DNA of 64,000 bases from Harriotta raleighana (Eukaryota). Shown here one piece after another: positions 53,946-64,000 of the stretch (position 1 is its first letter; the number at the start of each line of letters is the position of its first letter). Where the stretch lies: the NCBI GenBank assembly GCA_050575255.1, contig JBNZDD010013677.1, positions 1,640,770-1,704,769 of the forward strand, in the 5' to 3' direction. The notes below the pieces were generated by a model, which ran no database searches, was not told the DNA's origin, and worked only from the letters and a program-made list of their open reading frames with translations. Made by a program: the position numbers and the translations under genes.

Positions 53946-56004
53946 ATACTAATTCATTGCTATCACATTACCATTCACATTGGTTCCTTTGTGCATTAGG
54001 TGTTTGACTCCGCCAAAGCCTCTTTAATCGTACTTCCCAGCTCTACTATCCACAGATTGCCACAGTTTTTGTGTGAGCCTTCAAAGTGAGTGGCAGCATG
54101 GCCTTTCGACTTTAAAGAGTGTCACAACCAAGCCTGATCTTTCAGAGCCTTAGGAATCCTCCCGACCTGAAAGGCACTATACAAATATAAATTTTTGTAG
54201 TTGTTGATTTCTCACCACCCGTCTGCCACATATTTACACAACACGCAAAGGATGTTCTAGGGGATTGAGGTACAGAAACCCTGTCTACTTTTGGAGATAT
54301 ACAAGTGTAATTTGTTGTTGTTGTTGCTGTTGTTACAAATTAAAGTGAGAGATGGAAGTTTCTGGCATTGGAGAAGGGAGAGATGAGACTTGCTGGTCCT
54401 CAATTGTGTGGTTGATACAGGAATCAAAAGGAGAGGCTACAACCCACAGTCACCACATCTTTTTATTGCATTGGGCATCTTTATTTTGAGTCAAGCAATC
54501 AGCGATTGATGGGATAACCAAAGAATGTTGGCTATTCCATTTGTGTAGAGAGTCAGATTAATTCCTCATATCAGTCGTGTGAGCTCTACCTTTGGGAAAT
54601 CTCCTCTGAGTGTCGATAAACCCCAAGGTTTCCTTTGAGATTAATGTCTCATCTGAAGTACAGCATCTCCAGCAATGCAGCTGTTTCAACAGCTCAAGTA
54701 ATGTAAGATAATAATAATCCTTGCCTTTGATGTAGTGCTTTTCACATCTTTTAGACATCTCAAAGCACTTCACAGAGTATATTGATACATTATATACAAG
54801 TGAATTGTTATTTGTGGGTGAAAGTCATGTTAGAAGCTTTAAATGCTCATATCCTGACTTGGAAATGGAACTCACAAGCTTTCAGGAATGCTAAACTCAG
54901 AAGGAAGAGTGTGACTGACCGAGTCACGCTATCATTCTGTGAAATTAATATATAATGTCATAATAATGATAACACTGAGAATCATTACATTTGATATAGT
55001 GTCTCATCATATCTTCGAGACATCTCAAAGCTCTTCATTGAATATACTGTAAAGTGAATCGACTGTATATTTTGTGGGCCAAATGTGATATCACAGTGTT
55101 AACACCAATCTGCTCACTGCTAAAATCGCACTCTGATTTACCAGATTTGCCTACAAATACAAAAATCATTAGATTCCACAGAAAACACCATGAATCACTT
55201 TGAAATGTTTTGACGTGATAAAAGACTACATCCAATGCAAGAATCATATTATTTCTAATCATTAACAACAAGGGCATTGTATTTCTATATCGCCCTTTAC
55301 TCAAGGTAGCATCTCAATAACTCTTGTGCTGTGAAACATGATGATTTCAAGAAACTGGAATTGGAGCCTCTGCAATTGTTCCCAGAAACACTTATCAATT
55401 GGTAATTCCTGTTCAAGTGGGTGTTAAAGAAATATTTCATGTCAGCATGTCTCCATCTCACCCTTTACATACCAACCCGTGAAAGTGTTGTACAAGTTGA
55501 CTTTTTTTAAATGTAAAAATGAGGAAGGAGAAAAAAATAGAAATTCCCCTTTTCAGTTTGTTGCTCACAGGTCAATGTCAAGTTGATGTATTGAGAAAAA
55601 GGGCGTGTGAAAGGTATGAAAGTGTCATTCATGACGTAAATCTCAAGAGGAAGGGTGATATCTGAGCCACTACTTGTCTTCACTCCAGGTGCTGAGAATA
55701 GATTTATATTTTGGAGCGGGCCAGTGATTCTGCAGGTAAGGTTAAGGTGATGCTAATGATAAGCAGCAGTAACACACACCACAGGTGACCAGGTGAGGTG
55801 TTTGTACAGCTGAGAGCAAGGCTTACTTTCTACATTCCTCTCCATGTCCCATTGAATCAGGAACAAACAACCAATTCATCAATTCATGGGCTACGAGCCA
55901 AGTGTGATTTGTGTTTACTCTTGCGGTTTCCACTTGTTGCAGAGTCCAAAACTAGGGACCAGCAAAATGAAAGAAGGCGTCCAGGAGGAACTTCTTTCTG
56001 CAGA

Positions 56005-56567
56005 TGGTCTATTGCAATGCCCTCCTCTCCGATCTCCCCTCAACCACAATCCACAAAATCCAGCTAATCCAAAACTCTGCCACCCACATACTCACCCGCT
56101 CCAAGCTTCGCTCCCCTATTACCCTAGTCCTTGCCAGACTTCACTGGCTCCCTATCCCAGAGAGCATCGACTTCAAGATCCTCACCCTTGTTTTCAAATC
56201 CCTCCACTCCTCTGCACCCCCCTATCTCTCTGATCTCCTCTCCCCCCAAAACCGCACCCGCTGCTTTCGCTCCTCTGGGTCTGACCTCCTCCATGTCCCC
56301 CGATTCCTCCAGACCACCCTCAGTGGCCGTGCCTTCAGCCATTACGCCCCGAGTCTCTGGAAACTCCCTTCCTCACTCCCTTCACCTCTCCCCGTCTCTT
56401 CCCAGTTTCAGGTGACACCTGAAGACCTTTCTCTTCAACTGCGCTTTTGGTCACCTTTCTGCCCCTGCCCCTGGCTCGGTCCCAGGATCTGCTATTGTAA
56501 AGCGCTCTGAGACGCCATCCGGCGTGGAGGGCGCTATATAAATCGAAGTTGTTGTTGTTGTTGTTGT
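56005..56567 (+). mobile_element. L2 LINE 3' end
   Basis: KIQLIQNSA, PITLVLARLHWLP and GRAFSHYAPSLW motifs; (GTT)n tail. Confidence 0.9.
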
Positions 56568-57109
56568 CTTGAGGATGTGACACTCTCTCACTGTGGTTGA
56601 AGCAAAAAAGCACCAACCTTTTTTTATGAGGAAATTTGATGAATGCATGAGGAGAGAGTGAATAGAGGGTTATATGGAATAGGGGATTCGAAGGTAGAGT
56701 TTCATTGGGAAATTTTAGGACATGCACCACAGAGTACTGCTTTACCCCGAGGGCAATTAGCAACTAGAACTGTTACCAGGAAGGGAGCTTGAAGCCAGAA
56801 TCGGGACTCATTTAAAAAAATACGCAGTTTGATGTTGTGATGGTTGGATGAGTATTCTGCAAATAATGAGATGAAAGCGAGCAAAGGCTTCTTCAGCCTA
56901 ACCAATCCCATGATCCTGTGGGTGGAGGTTGGTTTTGCTTGTATGGGTTGGTTGGGCTATTTCCAGGATGTCCCATTTTGTGCCATTCTATGTATTTGGG
57001 GGAATTCATCACCATGAAAACTCATCACCATGAATATCAAAACCAAATTGAGAATTCTATGCTTCCCTCCTACACATGGAAATTCCTGCGTTTTCTATGT
57101 GAAACATTA

Positions 57110-57595
57110 GTATCATCCAGAACTCTGCAGCTCGTGTCGTCTCCTGCACTAAGCTCCGCAACCACATCACTCCCAACCTCGCCAGGCTCCATTGGCTTCA
57201 TCCCCGAATTCAAGATCCTCAACCTCACTTTCAAGGTCATTCCCCCTTCCTATCTCTCCATCTGCTATCTCCCTATCAACCTATCCGCCCACACTCCGGT
57301 TTGCTCCATGTCTCCCACCCGACCAGTCCCATGCTTGGTTGTCGGGCTTTCAGCCTCTCTGCCCCCAAACTCTGAAACTCCATTCCACAGTCCCTTCATC
57401 TCATTTCTTCCTTTGCCTCCATCAAGGTCAGTCTCAAGACCCACATGTTCGATAGTGCCTTCTGTCGCCCTTCCACCTCTTTCCCTCCCCTCTACCATGC
57501 CCCAGCTCCGTGCTCGGGTCCCAATCCCTGACTGTTCAGCGCCTTGGGATGTCCTCCCAATGTGAAAGTGCACTAGAAATGTAATTTTATTGTTG
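57110..57595 (+). mobile_element. L2 LINE 3' end, decayed
   Basis: Same L2 3' region and tail. Confidence 0.75.
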
Positions 57596-58144
57596 ATGCC
57601 TGTGAATCACACTGATTCTGAACCCAGCTCCTCGGGGGGATTAGAATCTGGCAGTCATGATGGTGGATATGGATGATCTGGTGGAAGATCTGATGACGCT
57701 ATTGGGAAAGAGAACACAGTGTCGAAATTTTCTCAGATGGTCTTTAAAATGACCAGCTCCATTTTTTTTAAAAACCCATCATTTTATATGATCTTACGTT
57801 TTATTGCAAAAATGGTCTCGCGGGTAAAAACCAGGTATGATTTTAGTGGCAAGTGCTTGATTGCAAACATCAATACCAATGCCATTTGTATTCGGAATCG
57901 AGCCAGATCTCTGTGGCGATCTTGTTAGTCCAGTTCACAAGCCAGGTGGCAGTAATCCATGGGGCTGTTGATCACAGCACAGCCCAGCCTGGCTGATCAG
58001 CAGGACTTGGAAGGGCAGATCAGTCACTGGGGGAAGGGACTCTTCCCAATCATCTCCTCTTAGCCCTGTAGCCAATGGATATGATGGTCTTAACTGGACA
58101 AGCAATGGAAAAGTTCACCAGACAGTGCTATCGATGTCTGAGCT

Positions 58145-58470
58145 GTCATCAGGCATTCACTTTGCAAACAAGAGGTCCCGGCTTTGATTCCCGAGTGGGG
58201 TGAAACCATCAGGCAAGTTTTCTTGCTCCACACAACTCAGTTTACCAAGCAGTAAGTAAAGGGGAACCTGATTGTTAGTCCATCAGCGGATAATTTTCTG
58301 GGGGTAATAACCCCTCAAAAAAAAGTAAAGGTAAGAATTTGGTTTGTCAACTCAACACAACTGTTTGTGGAACACAGCTGTGCACAATTGGCCCTCACAC
58401 TTCACCCACAAAATAGACAGTCAATTCACTTTGCAGGATATTATGGGAAGCTTTGAGATGTATAAATAAG
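58145..58470 (+). mobile_element. tRNA-derived SINE, decayed
   Basis: Degenerate B box tttgattccc followed by the SINE core. Confidence 0.65.
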
Positions 58471-58564
58471 TGATGGGATTCTGCATATGTTGTGTTAGAT
58501 AATCCGTTGGACCCCCCCAAAAATTAATTGCGGTATTGACAATAATCATACTTCCATTTGATAC

Positions 58565-58940
58565 TACAACAAGAACAAAATTACACTTGTATAGTACCTT
58601 TCACGTCACGAGGACGTCCTAAGGTGCTGGACAGTCAATGGCTTAGATCTAAGCTGGGAGTCAGGACCATGGAGGGAAGGCGGAATTTGGGGTGACCGAT
58701 GGGACCATCGAAGAGGAGGGTCTTGAGGCGAGACTTGAAGGAGGCCAGGGAGGGGATGAGGCAGAGGGACTGCGGGATGGAGTTCCAGAGGCTAGGGGCA
58801 GAGTGGCTAAAAGCTCAACCACCAATTGTGGGGCAGGGGGTTCGGGGGACTGCGGAGTGGAGGGGGGTGGGGGAGAGAGGGTGGGCAGATTGATAGGGGA
58901 TTAGGAGGTCGCAGCGGTAAAGTGGGGCGAGGCCATGGCA
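58565..58940 (-). mobile_element. L2 LINE 3' end
   Basis: Reverse complement of the L2 tail and ORF2 end. Confidence 0.75.
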
Positions 58941-59444
58941 GGCTGGATACAGCACCTTATCACTGTTGCATATTAACTTTAACAACATAAGAGGCAATTA
59001 ACTATGGGACAGCTACATAAGGATTCTGGGGAATAATGAGGAGAGAGGGTTGGAGAGAAAGAGAGAGTGAGTGAGTGAAAGAGGGTATTAGAAAGAAGCT
59101 GGATTGTGAAGTTGCAATAAAGATTGGATTGAATTAACATTGCACATTGTGGGTTCAAGAACATTGCAATCGCGCTTCGAGACATCTCAAAGCGCTTCAC
59201 GGAATGTTCTGTAGACAGAATTGATGCATCTATTTTATGGGCGAAACATGGCTGCCAATTGCTCGCATCAGTGTCCCACAAACACTTGTGGATTGAAGTG
59301 ACTGATTCATTATTATTATTATTATTATTGAATGTGTTATTGCTGTTGTTGTCTTCAAAAAATGAATCATTTGGTTTCTCAGGTGTATGTGTAATGTGGC
59401 AAAAAAAAACTAGCTTGTAAAATAATACTCAATAATACACGGGT

Positions 59445-59720
59445 CAGTTTCATTCACAAAGAACAGTAACAACAGCAACAAAAACTACAGCCCCATTCAT
59501 TAAAAAAAAGCAACAGCATAAAACAGCCAGCACAGTGTCATTCATTAAAAAAAACAGTAACAACAACTGTAGTTCCATTCATTTAAAAAAAAGCTACAAA
59601 AACTACACAGTTTCATTCATTAAAAATGGAATAACACCAACAAACAGGGAGAGAGAGACACACACACAGAAATAGGTACAGAGAGAGACACACACACACA
59701 GAAATAGGTACAGAGAGAGA
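59445..59720. repeat. CATTCATTAAAA-anchored tandem repeat (about 40-bp unit) followed by an approximately 30-bp tandem repeat
   Basis: Five CATTCA(T/C) units, then gagagagacacacacacagaaataggtaca twice, running into a gap. Confidence 0.7.
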
Positions 59721-61436
59721 NNNNNNNNNNNNNNNNNNNNNNNNNNNNNNNNNNNNNNNNNNNNNNNNNNNNNNNNNNNNNNNNNNNNNNNNNNNNNNNN
59801 NNNNNNNNNNNNNNNNNNNNNNNNNNNNNNNNNNNNNNNNNNNNNNNNNNNNNNNNNNNNNNNNNNNNNNNNNNNNNNNNNNNNNNNNNNNNNNNNNNNN
59901 NNNNNNNNNNNNNNNNNNNNNNNNNNNNNNNNNNNNNNNNNNNNNNNNNNNNNNNNNNNNNNNNNNNNNNNNNNNNNNNNNNNNNNNNNNNNNNNNNNNN
60001 NNNNNNNNNNNNNNNNNNNNNNNNNNNNNNNNNNNNNNNNNNNNNNNNNNNNNNNNNNNNNNNNNNNNNNNNNNNNNNNNNNNNNNNNNNNNNNNNNNNN
60101 NNNNNNNNNNNNNNNNNNNNNNNNNNNNNNNNNNNNNNNNNNNNNNNNNNNNNNNNNNNNNNNNNNNNNNNNNNNNNNNNNNNNNNNNNNNNNNNNNNNN
60201 NNNNNNNNNNNNNNNNNNNNNNNNNNNNNNNNNNNNNNNNNNNNNNNNNNNNNNNNNNNNNNNNNNNNNNNNNNNNNNNNNNNNNNNNNNNNNNNNNNNN
60301 NNNNNNNNNNNNNNNNNNNNNNNNNNNNNNNNNNNNNNNNNNNNNNNNNNNNNNNNNNNNNNNNNNNNNNNNNNNNNNNNNNNNNNNNNNNNNNNNNNNN
60401 NNNNNNNNNNNNNNNNNNNNNNNNNNNNNNNNNNNNNNNNNNNNNNNNNNNNNNNNNNNNNNNNNNNNNNNNNNNNNNNNNNNNNNNNNNNNNNNNNNNN
60501 NNNNNNNNNNNNNNNNNNNNNNNNNNNNNNNNNNNNNNNNNNNNNNNNNNNNNNNNNNNNNNNNNNNNNNNNNNNNNNNNNNNNNNNNNNNNNNNNNNNN
60601 NNNNNNNNNNNNNNNNNNNNNNNNNNNNNNNNNNNNNNNNNNNNNNTGTGTGTGTGACTAGCTGTGTGTGTGTGTGTGTGTGTGAGTGGCCCTGTGTGTG
60701 TGAGTGGCCCNNNNNNNNNNNNNNNNNNNNNNNNNNNNNNNNNNNNNNNNNNNNNNNNNNNNNNNNNNNNNNNNNNNNNNNNNNNNNNNNNNNNNNNNNN
60801 NNNNNNNNNNNNNNNNNNNNNNNNNNNNNNNNNNNNNNNNNNNNNNNNNNGGCCCCTGTGTGTGTCTGTGGCTGTGTGTGTGGCTCTCTGTCTGTGTGTG
60901 AGTGTGTGCGTGTGTGGGGGGGCTGTGTGTGTGTGTNNNNNNNNNNNNNNNNNNNNNNNNNNNNNNNNNNNNNNNNNNNNNNNNNNNNNNNNNNNNNNNN
61001 NNNNNNNNNNNNNNNNNNNNNNNNNNNNNNNNNNNNNNNNNNNNNNNNNNNNNNNNNNNNNNNNNNNNNNNNNNNNNNNNNNNNNNNNNNNNNNNNNNNN
61101 NNNNNNNNNNNNNNNNNNNNNNNNNNNNNNNNNNNNNNNNNNNNNNNNNNNNNNNNNNNNNNNNNNNNNNNNNNNNNNNNNNNNNNNNNNNNNNNNNNNN
61201 NNNNNNNNNNNNNNNNNNNNNNNNNNNNNNNNNNNNNNNNNNNNNNNNNNNNNNNNNNNNNNNNNNNNNNNNNNNNNNNNNNNNNNNNNNNNNNNNNNNN
61301 NNNNNNNNNNNNNNNNNNNNNNNNNNNNNNNNNNNNNNNNNNNNNNNNNNNNNNNNNNNNNNNNNNNNNNNNNNNNNNNNNNNNNNNNNNNNNNNNNNNN
61401 NNNNNNNNNNNNNNNNNNNNNNNNNNNNNNNNNNNN
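59721..61436. other. Assembly gaps (59721-60646, 60711-60850, 60937-61436) separated by TG-rich islands
   Basis: Runs of Ns. Confidence 0.99.
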
Positions 61437-61474
61437 TGTGAGTGTGTGTGTGGCTGTGTGAGTGTGTGTGTGTG

Positions 61475-61772
61475 ATGAGTGTTGGGGAGAGGGTGGGAGC
61501 TGGGAGCCCAGCCCTGGCTGCTGGCAGTTACTGGCAGGACCCCCTGGCCATGGCTATCAGTGAGGAGACCCCCCCCAGGAACCCCAGCCACAGCCGAGCG
61601 GTCACTGCTGTGTATGTGATCAACGAGACAGAGATGGACGAGGGAGGGGAGATTCTGTCCCTCAAGTGCCTGCGGGAGGCTTGTGTGAACAGCCGGGCTG
61701 TGCTGGACACTGTGCACTTGAGCAGACTGGCTCTGGGGGAGATTGGGACCCTGGACTGCTTCTATAATGCTG
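61475..61772 (+). CDS. MAP3K6: First coding exon of an ASK-family MAP3K, most like MAP3K6 (ASK2)
   Basis: AGSYWQDPLAMAIS matches MAP3K6 AGSCWQDPLAVALS. AVYVINE...LKCLREAC...LALGEIGTLDCFYNA G|gtgagt matches the ASK N-terminal exon end. The start codon is uncertain because a gap lies just upstream. Confidence 0.8.
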
Positions 61773-61774
61773 GT

Positions 61775-62615
61775 GAGTGTGTGCAATCTGTGTCTCTGTC
61801 TCTGTCTCTCTGTGTGAGCATGTGTCTGGGTGTGNGTGTGTGTGTCGATGTCTGTGTGTATGTATCCGTGGTGTGTGTGAATGTGTGTGTGTGTGAATGC
61901 GTGTGTGAGCATGCATCTGTGTGTGAATGTGTGTGTGAGCATGTGACTGTGTGTCAATGTTTGTATCCATGCATGTGTGTGAGTGTATGTCTGTGTGTCA
62001 ATGTGTGTGTGTGAACATATGTCTGTGTGTCAATGTGTGTGTGTGCTAATGTATAGATGTGTATTTGTGTGTGTGCTCATGTGTGTGTGTCTGTATGTGT
62101 CAACATGTCCATGTGTGTATCTAATACGTGTCTGTCTGTGCATATGTGTCTGCGCTTGTGTGTCTGTCTGTGAAGGTGTATGTGTGTATGTTCATCTATG
62201 AGTGAATGCGTGTCTGTTTGTGAGCGTGTGTCTGTGTGTGAGTGCGTGCGTGTCTGTGTGAGTGTGTGCCTGTATGTGTGTGAGTGCGTGTCTGTGTGTG
62301 AGTGCGTGCCTGTCTGTATGTGAGTGCGTGCCTGTCTGTATGTGAGTGCGTGCGTGTCTGTATGTGAGTGCATGCGTGTCTGTATGTGAGTGCGTGCGTG
62401 TCTGTATGTGAGTGCGTGCATGCATGTCTGTGTGTGAGTGCGTGCATGCATGTCTTTTTGTGAGTGCATGCATGTCTGCCTGTGGGTGCATGCGTGTCTG
62501 CGTGTGAATGTGTGTCTGTGTGTGAGTGCATGGCTTTCTGTCTGCGTGCCTGGCTCGGCATGCATGTCTCTCTGTGCATGCGTGTTTATGCTTGTCTGTC
62601 TGAGTGAGTGAGTGT
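61775..62615. repeat. (TG)n / TGTGAGTGCGTG simple repeat array
   Basis: Direct reading. Confidence 0.9.
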
Positions 62616-63509
62616 ACGTGATGGTGGGGGTGGGCGGAGGTGGGTGGGGAAACAACACACACTCAGTTTGCAGGTTCAACCTGAAATAATACACTTCAGA
62701 ACAAGGTGAGGTAAATACAGAAAAATGCTGAGTGCTACATCAGCCAAACATCTAACACCTTCAGAATCACATCCACGAGCCTTAGAGTATGGGCACCAAA
62801 CTGAGAATTTCATGTATCCCACCTACACATGGAAATTCCCAATATGTTTAGGAATGGGATGTGCACTCTCTCTCCCTGGAGGGACACATCCTGCTTTTAA
62901 CTAATCCTGGAGAGTATTAGATACAGGTTGGCGGGAGACAAGGCTTGGAGACTCGAGAGGTTGTCACAGGTGTCCAATGTCTTGAGATGTTCTCCCAACT
63001 GCTGGAGTCTAACCACCAAAAACGACATATCTTTCCATTGAGAGCAATGCCTGGTAAGCTTTCCCACTGCTTGTCCAGCTAAGATCACCCTACCGATTAG
63101 GGCTTTGGCTTGCAGGGTTAACAGGACTGAGTGGGAAGAGTTATAATAATAATAATCCTTGCATTTTATATTGCGCCTTATCACATCCTCTACGCATCTC
63201 TAAAGAGATTTCTGGAATATACTGCCAAGTGAATTGACTGTATATTTTATGGCAAACGCGGCAGCCAATTGCGAACAGCAGCGTCCCATAAAATATATTC
63301 AATTCACTTTACAGTACAGTATACTGAGTTCCTGCCCCCAGTGACTGGTCTATCTTTCCAAGTCCTGCTGCTGAGCCAGGGTGGCTGGGCTGCCATTGGC
63401 AGTGCTCTGGGGTACAGAAAACCCACCTGGCTCAGAAATTGGGCTGCTGAGAATGCCACAGAGGATTGGTCGATTCCAACATTTGTTGCCAAACAGGTCA
63501 ACCTGGAGT

Positions 63510-64000
63510 CAGTTAACTCCCAAAACTATAGCAACTCCCTCTTTGTCAGACTCACCCATTCCTCCACAAGCTGCATCCCAAACTCTGCAGCTCATCTCCT
63601 CTCCCGCACCAGGCTCTGTGACCCCATCATCACCACTCTTGCCCGGCTCCACTGGCTCCCCATTCCTCAGAGGATAGAATTCAAGATCCTCATTCTCACT
63701 TTCAAGACTCTCCAAGCCCTTGTCCCCTCCTGTGTCTCTGACATTGCTGATCTCCATCCATCCTTTCAGCAGGCTCCGGCCTACTCCATGTCTCCCGCCC
63801 GCCAACCTGCTCTACCACCGGCAGCTGCGCTTTCAGCCTCTCTGCTCCACACTTTGGAATTCCACCCACAATCCCTTCGCCTTGCTCCCTCCCTTGCCTC
63901 CTTCAAGGCCCAACTCAAGACCCTCCTTTTCAATACTGTACCTTCAGCCGCCCTCCTTCCTCTCTGCCCTGCCTCATCTCTACCCTACCCTGTCCCCACG
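63510..64000 (+). mobile_element. L2 LINE 3' fragment, running off the window
   Basis: ctccactggctcccc...gaattcaagatcctc (LHWLP...EFKIL). Confidence 0.8.

Noticed and set aside
59445-59640. Regularly spaced CATTCATTAAAA motif resembling a repeat-spacer array
   Set aside because: Low-complexity eukaryotic minisatellite with mutually similar spacers and no cas genes; not CRISPR.
59603-61957. 784-aa and other long ORFs across N runs (also 46215-47120)
   Set aside because: Open only because Ns and CA/TG repeats contain no stop codons.

Overview
Vertebrate genomic DNA, most likely from a cartilaginous fish. This is inferred from the CR1/L2/tRNA-SINE repeat landscape and a two-exon GPR139/GPR142-like receptor of the type expanded in sharks and chimaeras. 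Three protein-coding genes are readable. (1) The 3' half of KCNQ4 (Kv7.4) lies on +, from the pore exon at 711 to the stop at 34400. It has a non-canonical GC donor at 4963 and two or three frame-preserving cassette exons in the helix A-B linker. (2) A complete two-exon GPR139/GPR142-like class A GPCR lies on - (49511..49430 + 45711..44816, 325 aa), bracketed by two highly similar, same-orientation CR1 LINE fragments. (3) The first coding exon of a MAP3K6/ASK2-like kinase lies on + (about 61475..61772). The rest is intronic or intergenic: CR1 and L2 fragments, many SINE copies, one hAT MITE with perfect TIRs and TSD, a possible solo LTR, microsatellites, four N gaps, and three duplications around single Ns that look like assembly artefacts. 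Nothing resembles a prokaryotic system, and I cannot demonstrate a new biological system from this sequence alone. The best leads are the orphan GPCR with its flanking repeats and the KCNQ4 splicing architecture. Gene identities rest on recalled human protein sequences, not database searches. Repeat boundaries are approximate and read by eye.
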